Positions 32,279 through 43,277 of a stretch of DNA of 64,000 nt are shown here, in pieces. Numbering within the stretch: position 1 is the stretch's first letter; each line of letters opens with the position of its first letter. The notes under the pieces are model-generated. The model did not search any database, was not told the origin of the DNA, and worked only from the letters and a program-made list of their open reading frames with translations. The position numbers and the translations under genes were made by a program. The stretch is from Macrostomum lignano (lineage: Eukaryota), in assembly GCA_002269645.1 (NCBI GenBank), contig NIVC01003588.1, positions 25,408-89,407 of the forward strand, given 5' to 3'.

Positions 32279-32800
32279 CGGCTACGGTTCTCTGGAACAT
32301 GGTCATTGATGATCAAGAAGTATGATGATGATAAATCCTGACCCGATCCTCAAGGTCCCTCACCCCTTTTGACGGCCTTCTTCTACCTCTCGCCCCATTG
32401 GACATCTTTGTCCGCGGCGAGGCAGCCAAAACGTGTGCCTTTAAGATTTGAAGGACAGCGGCACTCCCTCTGTCCTTTCGGACACAGAACCGCACTTCCT
32501 GAATCTCTACCAACGCTTCAAGGTCCTTATCCCCTCCAGGGAGAACGCTCACGACAAGTGAACCCACAGGAGGTCCACTGTTTCACGGATGGATCCTCCA
32601 AAGATGGACATCGTTAGTGTGCATCCTTATCAGCGGACGCGTGATCTCTAGCGTCTTCCAGAATGAAGTGTCCTCGCCATCAGCTCCTGCGTTGCAGAAG
32701 ATAATCTTCTTCCACTCTGACGGCCAGGCTGTCAGACCAGCGCGCCGACTCTCTTGCACTTGGATCCAGGTTATTTCTCAGCCCCGTGACCCTGACCTCT
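32279..32800 (+). mobile_element. Decayed non-LTR retrotransposon fragment: RT C-terminus plus RNase H
   Basis: LLLPLAPLDIFVRGEAAK from 32377, HCFTDGS at 32576-32596, SVFQNEV at 32650-32670 followed after a frameshift by LAISSC, and FFHSDGQA ending at 32730. The order fits the RNase H D..E..D motifs. Stops and frameshifts are present. Confidence 0.72.
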
Positions 32801-32891
32801 ATCTCTGCCATGGTGTCGCTAATCGCCAGATGGGACGACTTCCCAACTGCCTTCAATCATGAGCGGCAGGGAGCTCCAGTGCTGAGCTAGA

Positions 32892-33050
32892 GGGCTGTGC
32901 TAAGGGGGGCTGTGCTGAGGGATGTGCTGAGGGGGATGTGCTGAGGGATGTGCTAAGGGGGCTGTGCTGACGGGGCTGTGCTGACGGGGCTGTGCTGAGG
33001 GGGCTGTGCTGAGGGGGCTGTGCTGAGGGGGGGGCACTGTGCTGTGCTGG
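32892..33050. repeat. Short G-rich repeat with a ggggctgtgctga core
   Basis: Shares the ggggctgtgct core with the 31.0-31.7 kb array. Confidence 0.85.
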
Positions 33051-33260
33051 GCGGTGCTAGGTGCACTGAGTCCAGTTGCGTTCATCCCAGTAGACTAAGA
33101 AGTTTATCCTAGCTCCAATTCTAATTCGTTGCTTCCATCCAGTCCAGTCCAGATTCTAAGAAAGCATTTTTAGCCGTCCATGATCGGACCTAAAGCACGG
33201 CGTAGAGCCTTATTGCACACACTTTCCGATCAAATGTGCAGAGCGAAAATGTGATGTCAG

Positions 33261-33263
<3 letters not shown>

Positions 33264-33311
<48 letters not shown>
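33264..33311. repeat. (GA)n microsatellite
   Basis: Direct reading. Confidence 0.95.
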
Positions 33312-33313
<2 letters not shown>

Positions 33314-33856
33314 GGAAATACATCGAAACACAATAACCCCAGTTGGGTTAAAAGTTCATTCCATAAGAAATAGAATTATTTCTCTCCTTATTTATTCTCC
33401 CAGGGGAGGAATGGCAGGCGGAGTGGCCGACCTAATGCACGCCTAGCGAGTGTAGCGTATATCCGGTATTCTGGGCCTCAGATAACTGCGGCTGGAAACC
33501 CAGCAGAGAGAGAGAGAGAGAGAGAGAGAGCCGTGTTGGATATCCAAACTAACTGAGGGAAAAATTTCCCCAATCCTTGGGGCTGTAGGATCCGCGTGAC
33601 TGGAGGCCAATGTGCAGCAGATGGGATCTGCCTTTGATCCGACGATAGCAGGTGCGAATAACTCGCTTCGGGCTTCTTTAACTAGCCACCGTGGGACAGT
33701 GGGCTTAGCCTTTGACAGCCTCGTTTTCTGACCTTGTTTTTGGTCAGTTTCTTTGACCTTTTTTCTCGTCATCCTGTCTTCTTCGGCTGAAGATTGAAGG
33801 CTTGAGTGAGGCGCGCGATTTCTTGCTCTAATTGAACCAGTTTCTTTGTGGATATG

Positions 33857-35740
33857 CCACTTGTTATCCTGAGTGTGTCATTTGCCATTAGTGTGCCACC
33901 TGTTATCCTGAGTGTGCCATTTGCCATTAGTGTGCCACCTGTTATCCTGAGTGTGTCATTTGTTATTAGTGTGCCACTTGTTATCCTGAGTGTGTCATTT
34001 GCCATTAGTGTACCACTTGTTATCCTGAGTGTGTCGTTTGTTATTAGTGTGCCACTTGTTATCCTGAGTGTGTCGTTTGTTATTAGTGTGCCACTTGTTA
34101 TCCTGAGTGTGTCATTTGCCATTAGTGTACCACTTGTTATCCTGAGTGTGTCGTTTGTTATTAGTGTGCCACTTGTTATCCTGAGTGTGTCGTTTGTTAT
34201 TAGTGTGCCACTTGTTATCCTGAGTGTGTCATTTGCCATTAGTGTACCACTTGTTATCCTGAGTGTGTCGTTTGTTATTAGTGTGCCACTTGTTATCCTG
34301 AGTGTGCCATTTTCCATTAGTGTGCCACCTGTTATCCTGAGTGTGCCATTTGTCATTAGTGTGCAACCTGTTATCCTGAGTGTGTCGTTTGTTATTAGTG
34401 TGCCACTTGTTATCCTGAGTGTGCCATTTTCCATTAGTGTGCCACCTGTTATCCTGAGTGTGCCATTTGCCATTAGTGTGCCACCTGTTATCCTGAGTGT
34501 GTCATTTGCCATTAGTGTACCACTTGTTATCCTGAGTGTGTCATTTGCCATTAGTGTGCCACTTGTTATCCTGAGTGTGTCGTTTGTTATTAGTGTGCAA
34601 CCTGTTATCCTGAGTGTGCCCTTTGTTATCCTGAGTGTGCCATTTGTTATCCTGAGTGTGTCATTTGTTATCCTGAGTGTGTCATTTGTTATCCTGAGTG
34701 TGCCATTTGTTATCCTGAGTGTGTCATTTGTTATCCTGAGTGTGTCATTTGTTATCCTGAGTGTGTCATTTGTTATCCTGAGTGTGTCATTTGTTATCCT
34801 GAGTGTGTCATTTGTTATCCTGAGTGTGTCATTTGTTATCCTGAGTGTGTCATTTGTTATCCTGAGTGTGTCATTTGTTATCCTGAGTGTGCCATTTGTC
34901 ATCCTGAGTGTGCCATTTGTTATCCTGAGTGTGTCATTTGTTATCCTGAGTGTGCCATTTGTTATCCTGAGTGTGCCATTTGTTATCCTGAGTGTGCCAT
35001 TTGTCATCCTGAGTGTGTCATTTGTTATCCTGAGTGTGTCATTTGTTATCCTGAGTGTGCCATTTGTCACCCTGAGTGTGCCATTTGTTATCCTGAGTGT
35101 GTCATTTGTTATCCTGAGTGTGCCATTTGTTATCCTGAGTGTGCCATTTGTCATCCTGAGTGTGTCATTTGTTATCCTGAGTGTGTCATTTGTTATCCTG
35201 AGTGTGTCATTTGTTATCCTGAGTGTGCCATTTGTCATCCTGAGTGTGCCATTTGTCATCCTGAGTGTGCCATTTGTCATCCTGAGTGTGCCATTTGTTA
35301 TCCTGAGTGTGTCATTTGTTATCCTGAGTGTGCCATTTGTCATCCTGAGTGTGTCATTTGTTATCCTGAGTGTGCCATTTGTTATCCTGAGTGTGTCATT
35401 TGTTATCCTGAGTGTGTCATTTGTTATCCTGAGTGTGTCATTTGTTATCCTGAGTGTGCCATTTGCCATTAGTGTGCCACTTGTTATCCTGAGTGTGCCA
35501 TTTGTCATCCTGAGTGTGCCATTTGTTATCCTGAGTGTGCCATTTGTCATTAGTGTGCCATTTGCCATTAGTGTGCCACTTGTTATCCTGAGTGTGTCAT
35601 TTGTTATCCTGAGTGTGTCATTTGTTATCCTAAGTGTGCCATTTGTCATCCTGAGTGTGCCATTTGTTATCCTGAGTGTGTCATTTGTTATCCTGAGTGT
35701 GCCATTTGTCATCCTGAGTGTGCCATTTGTCATTAGTGTG
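33857..35740. repeat. Minisatellite of 21-bp (ttgttatcctgagtgtgtcat) and 18-bp (ttgccattagtgtgccac) units, open in one frame on each strand
   Basis: Direct reading; ORFs 33769-35781 (-) and 33848-35797 (+). Confidence 0.97.
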
Positions 35741-36387
35741 CGTACCATTTTTCTGTCACCTTTAAGGCCAGATTGCGTCATGCACGCTCAGTCTTAGCGA
35801 TGCAATTATTAAACTCTATGCATGGAGACAGGCCTGATTTGCTTCCCCGATTGCATGGTTAATTTTTCAAAGGATGACCTCTTTGACCTCGGCAGACAAA
35901 CAGGCAAAACATTGGCAAGGTAGTTTAGTCGTAAAAGAGATTAAGATTAACAGTAAGCATTTCGGTAACCTTACTATATATTTCTTATATCCACTATTTC
36001 AGTTGAGGGAATTTAGTCGAATACTTAATTGGTTATTAATATTGAAGCGACTAGAGGCGATGCAGGATGCAGCTGGATGCCAGTGGGGCTTGAATGCACA
36101 AAGCCATAAGAGAGACGAGAGCTTGAGATGAAGTTTATGCGCAAATAATATTAGTTCCCCATATGGGATGTGCGGCCTAGCCAGGGAAGATATCCCAATG
36201 CCTGTGGGACAGTGTGGATACCCCCATCTCGATCTATATATGATTAGGGCAGATCAGCCATCACCCTTAATCACAGAGGCCGTCCATCAGGGGTGCCGAT
36301 TCTCATAAATGATGCATCGCTTTTCAGTGGAACACAGGAGGCGGATTAGACAGTCAAAAAAAGAATTTTTGAGTCCTCAGAGGTGGC

Positions 36388-36873
36388 TCAGGAGCACTCG
36401 GTGCAGTCGAATATCTTCATCTGGGCGGCCAGGACGCTGAACTCGTCGAAGTTGATGACTCCGTCCTGGTCGCTGTCAGCCGCTGTCATCATGTCGTCCA
36501 GCTCGCGGTCGGACATGCCCTCCTGCAGGATCTCGTTCATGACGAACTTCAGCTCGGACTTGGAGATCACCCCGTCCTGGTTCTGGTCCAGCAGCTCGAA
36601 GATTCGCTGCTTCTCCGACTGCGGCTTGTGGCCGCCCTTCTCCACGAAGGCGTTCATCATGGCGACGAATTCCTGGAATTCCAGAGTGCCGTTCGAGTTC
36701 TTGTCGAACTCGCGGATGAGAGCCTCCGCCTCCGGACGTGTGACCGTCTGGCCGGCCGCCCGCATCAGGCTGACGAGCTCCTTGACCTCGATGGCGCCGT
36801 TGCCGTTGGTGTCGGACTTGTTGAACACCTCCCGGAGCACTTCAACATTGCTGCCGCCGTGTTTGTCGCACAT
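36388..36873 (-). CDS. Calmodulin-like protein with 4 EF-hands, 161 aa from the ATG at 36873; a 5' extension is possible
   Basis: Four canonical loops: DTNGNGAIEVKE, DKNSNGTLEFQE, DQNQDGVISKSE, DSDQDGVINFDE. Stop TGA at 36388-36390. No intron in the CDS. It is clearly diverged from true calmodulin. Confidence 0.93.
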   Translation of the reverse strand: MCDKHGGSNVEVLREVFNKSDTNGNGAIEVKELVSLMRAAGQTVTRPEAEALIREFDKNSNGTLEFQEFVAMMNAFVEKGGHKPQSEKQRIFELLDQNQDGVISKSELKFVMNEILQEGMSDRELDDMMTAADSDQDGVINFDEFSVLAAQMKIFDCTECS

Positions 36874-37387
36874 GTTCAACGAATTTGGTACACTTTTGGC
36901 TGACTGGCTGCGAAGGTTCTGCTGCCTCTGTGCCCCCGACTCAGCTGCTGCTGTCTTTGACAAAGGCAAAATATCCTGGGGCAGCAGCCTCAGGGGTGAG
37001 GTGGGGGGGGGGCATCGGGCCTATCCTGGCATGGCAGAGGTCCCTCGCCCTCCCTCCCCCTAACGCCTCTGTCCGTCCTTCCTTCATCCTAGCAGTTTTG
37101 CGGTGCGGCATCGCCATGCACAGCCATGACAGGCCGAAAAAGAGGGGTAGGGAACAGCATAAGGAACAAGGCCAGCCCCGTGACCGGGTAGGTAAGTTTT
37201 CAGTTGCTGAGGTGGAGGCATGGGGCATGGGGCTCTGTACTGCGGTCTGGGAGAGATGCTGCATGCCTGCCAGCCAGACTGCGTGCTGTCTTCGAATCGG
37301 AAATCAACAGTAATGGCTTGTCGTAATTTTACGAGCTATGTGGAGCACTAATGGTTCTAAACTGTGAAAATTGTTGTTACCCCAAGC

Positions 37388-37843
37388 TTCATATTCCCCA
37401 AATGTCATATTTCAAAAATATAATATTCCCCTAATGTCATTTCCTCCAATGTCATATTCCCCAATGTCATATTCCCCAAATGTCATATTCCCCAATGTCA
37501 TATTCCCCAAATGCCATATTCCCCAATGTCATATTCCCCAATGTCATATTCCCCATATTTCATATTCTCCAATGTCATATTCCCCAATGTCATATTCCCC
37601 AATGTCATATTCCCCAATGTCATATTCCCCAATGTCATATTCCCCATATTTCATATTCTCCAATGTCATATTCCCAAATGTAATATTCCCCAATGTCATA
37701 TTCTCCAATGTCATATTCCCCAATGTCATATTCCCCAAATGTCATATTCCCCAATGTCATATTCCCCAATGTCATATTCCCCATATTTCATATTCTCCAA
37801 TGTCATATTCCCAAATGTAATATTCCCACAAATGTCATATTCA
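37388..37843. repeat. 15-bp minisatellite (caatgtcatattccc)n
   Basis: aatgtcatat at 37571 and 37586. Confidence 0.95.
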
Positions 37844-38157
37844 AGTCGTTAGTTTATGCAGCTAACAGTGGAACTGCCTTCATCCCATTAGCTCGGCCTA
37901 TTGCAATAATATCTCATAGGCCTGTAATGCGATCTCTTAAGAGGATTAGACATTAGTACTGCATCAATTACTCAAGTCGAATGCAGCCTCTTTGTTTTCT
38001 CCCTAGTCGAGTGGCTCTTTCGGATGGATATCGGCGATATCTTCTGCCATCTCAGTTAGCTCGTCTACTCATCTTATTCCTGCTCGCAAACTCAGCTCGT
38101 TAAATGCAAATTTTCTCAGCTCATTACTCTCTCGGTTAACACTAGCTGGGTTAAAAC

Positions 38158-38905
38158 CTCTCCGTTCATTATCCCTTTACTCTCCCTTCATTATCCCTTT
38201 ACTCTCCCTTCATTATCCCTTTACTCTCCGTTCATTATCCCTTTACTCTCCCTTCATTATCCCTTTACTCTCCGTTCATTATCCCTTTACTCTCCCTTCA
38301 TTATCCCTTTACTCTCCCTTCATTATCCCTTTACTCTCCCTTCATTATCCCTTTACTCTCCCTTCATTATCCCTTTACTCTCCCTTCATTATCCCTTTAC
38401 TCTCCCTTCATTATCCCTTTACTCTCCGTTCATTATCCCTTTACTCTCCCTTCATTATCCCTTTACTCTCCGTTCATTATCCCTTTACTCTCCCTTCATT
38501 ATCCCTTTACTCTCCGTTCATTATCCCTTTACTCTCCCTTCATTATCCCTTTACTCTCCCTTCATTATCCCTTTACTCTCCCTTCATTATCCCATCACTC
38601 TCCCTTCATTATCCCTTCACTCTCCCTTCATTATCCCATCACTCTCCCTTCATTATCCCTTCACTCTCCCTTCATTGTCCCTTTACTCTCCGTTCATTAT
38701 CCCTTTACTCTCCCTTCATTATCCCTTTACTCTCCGTTCATTATCCCTTTACTCTCCGTTCATTATCCCTTCACTCTCCCTTCATTATCCCTTTACTCTC
38801 CCTTCATTATCCCTTTACTCTCCGTTCATTATCCCATCACTCTCCCTTCACTCTCCCTTTATTATCCCGTCACTCTCCCTTCACTCTCTCTTTATCATCC
38901 CTTCA
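38158..38905. repeat. 22-bp minisatellite (ttcattatccctttactctccc)n
   Basis: Direct reading. Confidence 0.96.
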
Positions 38906-39597
38906 TTACCACTAACTCCCTCTCTCTTCGTTCTTCGTCAACTCCTGCCTTCCTCTCCATCTCTCCGTACAGTTTGGCCTTTGAGTCTGGGGAATGGGTT
39001 TGGCCGTTCTGAGCGACTTCTCCGCAATTAACTTACAACTCGGATGCACTGCAATGGCAAGGCTGGCGCAGGGGAGGCAGGCAGCGCGCCCCAGCTGATT
39101 GCGGACTCGCGGAGGCGGCCAGTCTCTGGGGAGGAAGCTGGAGCAGAGGGTGGCTGAACTCGAGCTTAGGTAGAAGGGGTCAGAGACTGAGTAAAATAGG
39201 GATTTTCTCGGTCGCCGCTCTTTCTCTTTGACTACCCGAATCATCCCCAGAGAATCTGTGGGAACTGAAGGCCGGCCAGCGGACGCGAAATAAGCGCAGG
39301 AAAAAGGAGATTTGCATAATCCCCCCAGGCCCGGCTGCTCCAGCCGCCGCTGCTGCCCCGGGTGCGACAGGGCATTTCGGGGATGGGAGACTGGAGAGCT
39401 CCACTCTGAGTTGGGATTTATCAACTGGCGGCCACCGGCTGGGCAATGGAAATTGTCTTTCTTATTTTAGCTCTGCCTGTTTGAACCTCCTGCATGGCTT
39501 CCCGCTGACTCGTTAGCTGACTGACCTCAAGACTTGCACTTCTCGAAGCCGATAGGGAAGAGGAGGGCAATGGTGACAGAAAAACACTGGAATAGAA

Positions 39598-40075
39598 GTT
39601 GGGAAGGACAGAGAAGATTGAGGAAGATTTGAGCAGATTGGGAATATTGGGGAAGCTTGGGGAAGCTTGAAGAAGCTTGGGAAAGATTGGGGAAGATTGG
39701 GAAAGATTGGGGAAGCTTGGGGAAGATTGGGGAAGATTGGGGAAGATTGGGGAAGATTGGGGAAGATTTGGGCAGATTGGGGAAGATTGGGGAAGATTGG
39801 GAAAGATTGGGGAAGCTTGGGGAAGATTGGGGAAGATTGGGGAAGCTTGGGGAAGATTGGGGAAGATTGGGGAAGCTTGGGGAAGCTTGGGGAAGATTGG
39901 GGAAGATTGGGGAAGCTTGGGGAACATTGGAGCAGATTGGAGAAGCTTGGGGAAGATGGGGAAGCTGGGGGAAGCTGGGGGAAGCTTTGAAAAGATTGGG
40001 GCAAACTGGGGCAGATTGAAAATATTGGGGAAGCTTGGAGAAGAATGGGGAAGACTGGGGAATATTGGAGAAGAG
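39598..40075. repeat. 10-bp purine-rich repeat (ggggaagatt/ggggaagctt)n
   Basis: Direct reading. Confidence 0.95.
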
Positions 40076-40471
40076 TTTGAAATGTCACGGAAAATTGATA
40101 AGGAAATGGTAGACAACATGCAGGTTTTGCGAATGCTAGGTAATCTACGAAGATTCGCCCCCCCCGTGACACACGAACAATACATGCCTGCCCTTGTCTA
40201 TTCAATATTCAATTGACAATCAGTTGAATGGAACTGGAGCGGCAGCTCACTGCTCCACTTGTTCTTTTCCGCGTCAACATTTTGCACGGATGGGGGAATC
40301 ATCACAATAGAATCATATCTGGACGCAAGCGGGAGGCTTGACAGGACTGGGAAGGGGAACAGGGAGTAACAGTAAGTCAATATATTCGGCATAAACAATG
40401 GGACCGCACACGGTAGATGAAAATGCGCTTCGTCACACACGAGAGGGCTGGGTGATGTCGGAGGCTGCTGG

Positions 40472-41366
40472 TCAGTTACCGGTGACGCTGCGCACCGCTT
40501 CAGCGTAGGACTTGCCCGCTGCGGCCGCGGCGGCTGCGGCGGCTACGGCGGCCGCGGTGGCCGCGGCAGACGAAGCCAACGGAAGATGATGATGGTGAAT
40601 CTGCGGCGGCGGAGGGGGTGGAGGTGGTGGCTGCTGCTGTTGTTGCTGTTGCTGTTGCTGGTGCTGTTGCTGGTGATGCCAGCATGGGCAGCGCAGGCCG
40701 CCGCTGCCGCCGCCGCCGCCGCCTCGACGCTCGCAGCTGTCAACAGACCGGCCTCGCTGGTGGCTTTGCAACCCAAAAGCAACGCCGCCAGAACCCCCAC
40801 CTCCGCCGCCGCCGCCGCCGCCGCCTCCTCCGCCACCGCCGCTGCCAATTCCGACGGCAAGTCCGCCGCCAGCGATGTCGGCCGATGCCTCCCGCCGGGC
40901 CCGGCCGCCGCCTCTCAGATTGCCGCCGCCGCCGCCGCTGTGGGCCTTGCCGGACCCTCCGCCCGTCTGCTTCGGCTGCTTCTTCCGGTCGGCCTTCGAC
41001 TTCCGCTTGCCGCCGTTACTGGAAGGCGTGGCCGACATCGCGGCCGCCACTGTGGATGATGGAAGCTGCTGCTGCTGCTGCTGCTGCTGCTGCGAATGCC
41101 GGGTCTCGCCGCGCCAAAGATTGCGGATGTCCTGTCGGCGGAGTACGGCGCCGCCGCTGAACGCTTGAAAAAGCTGCTGCTGCTGCTCGTCGGCGGAGGT
41201 CCGGGCGCTCAGCAGGGCGTCGAACGTCATCGACTGCGACAGGATGGCCGCGATCTTCTCGTCCAGCGAGTCTAACTGGCTGCTCCAGATGGCGGCGGCG
41301 CGGGCCCGCCAGTAGAACTCCTCCCGCACGGCCGAGTCCATGCAGACGTACAGGTGGGATTCCGGA
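40472..41366 (-). CDS. Terminal exon of an unidentified protein: a globular-looking start (PESHLYVCMDSAVREEFYWRARAAAIW..) then poly-Q/G/H/P/A, ending KSYAEAVRSVTGN*
   Basis: Long GC-rich open frame, acceptor aatccag| at 41367 and stop at 40472. A candidate upstream exon lies at 41400-41528. Confidence 0.65.
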
Positions 41367-41653
41367 CTGGATTGGATTTTTAAATTCTTGTTGGGCTACT
41401 GATTGAGTTCCCAATTGGGCTGGGGTTGCGCGCTGGGCTGCACGGGAGGCGGACACAAGCTGCGGCCTCGGCTGGCGCCCAGCAGTCTATGGGGAAAGAC
41501 GGCCTGGTAGTTGGAATTTGCAGCTGATCTGTGCTTTCGGTGTGTCAAATAATTTAATTAATTATTTTGTTAGTCATCGTTTTATTGTAACAGTAGCAGC
41601 AATTCTGCAAACAGATAAATTTAACTGACTAAATAAGTCTGTCCAAGTCTGCT

Positions 41654-41765
41654 CAAGTCCACCAACATCCACCCAAGTCCACCAACATCCACCCAAGTCC
41701 ACCAACATCCACCCAAGTCCACCAACATCCACCCAAGTCCACCAATATCCACCCAAATTCGCCAA
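41654..41765. repeat. 20-bp repeat (aagtccaccaacatccaccc)n
   Basis: Direct reading. Confidence 0.9.
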
Positions 41766-41867
41766 AATCCATCCCGCCAGGTCCACCAAAACTCTGGCAA
41801 AAATTGCTAACTTTTTTCTCTCTGAAAAAATTTTTTTTCTATCAAAAGTGGGTAACGGGATTAGTGT

Positions 41868-42471
41868 ATCAGGATGGTTGTGTCAGGATGGTTGGTCAGG
41901 ATAGGTGTGTCAGGAGTAGGTGTGTCATGGTAGGTGTGTAAGGAGTATTGTGTCAGGATAGGTGTGTCAGGAGTATTGTGTTAGGATAGGTGTGTTAGGA
42001 TAGGTGTGTCAGGATAGGTGTGTCAGGATATGTGTGTCAAGATAGATGTGTCAAGATAGATGTGTCAGGATGGATGTGTCAGGGTAGGTTTGTCAGGGTA
42101 GGTGTGTCAGGATACGTGTGTCAGGGTAGGTGTGTCAGGATAGGTGTGTCACGATAGGTTTGTCAGGATTTGTGCATCAGGATAAGTGTGTCAGGATAGG
42201 TGTGTCAAGATAGATGTGTCAAGATAGATGTGTCAGGATGGATGTGTCAGGGTAGGTTTGTCAGGATAGGTGTGTCAGGATACGTGTGTCAGGGTAGGTG
42301 TGTCAGGATAGGTGTGTCAGGATAGGTGTGTCAGGATAGGTGTGTCAGGATAAGTGTGTCAGGGTAGGTTTGTCAGGATAGGTGTGTCAGGATACGTGTG
42401 TCAGGGTAGGTGTGTCAGGATAGGTGTGTCAGGATAGGTGTGTCAGGATAGGGGTGTCAGGAGTAGTGTCA
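41868..42471. repeat. 14-bp minisatellite (ggataggtgtgtca)n
   Basis: Direct reading. Confidence 0.93.
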
Positions 42472-43277
42472 GAAAGGATGTACCAAGTCAATTTCGTCCC
42501 TCGAATGTTTGCAGAATTCGAATGAGTCGCAGACCCACCGCAGAAGCCGGATATACAAAAAGCTGAGCTGTGCAAAACCTGGGCCATTAGTTGTCCTACA
42601 GCAGAATTACAATTGATTTATGTCTATAAAATGGTTAGTTTATGAGCTTATGCAGAGAGTAAAATTCAGCGCAGCAGATCAATAAATAACAGGCTAGTGT
42701 CTGCTTGGGGCGCCACAGCTGCAGCAACATTCTGTCTTGAATCCAGTTTAGCATAGTACATCAATGTACATCATAGTACAACAATGTACATTAGATTACA
42801 TCCATCGATGGCTCATCTGGTGGCAGGGTGAATCAGCTAAAAATAGCCTAGCTATAGTCTATGGCTGTGCTAATTCCAATCGATCCAATTATATGGACTC
42901 GCCAGGCGGAAGCTAAATTTAATGTACGCAGCACTTCAACTCGATTGTAAAGACGGATTTGAATCGCCCAACCACTCTCAGCTACCTATTCTACCCTACC
43001 CTACCCCCACCGAATGCCAAGCAGTGAGGAGTTGCTCCACTCGTCTCAATCAAGTCCGCAGCCCCTGTGCAGCTCAATGTTACATTGCTATTTACCCAAT
43101 AAAGCTTAAGGAATCGCCCTAGTTAAAATTCTTCTCCCCAGCAACAATTTGCTTGGCAATCTACATTTCGTATTTTCAGGCGAGCGCGCGCGGCTGACCA
43201 AATAAAAGAATTGACAAAAAAGAGAGTGACAGTACAACCGTCGTCTTACGGTTGGAATTAGCGACTTAACGAAATCG

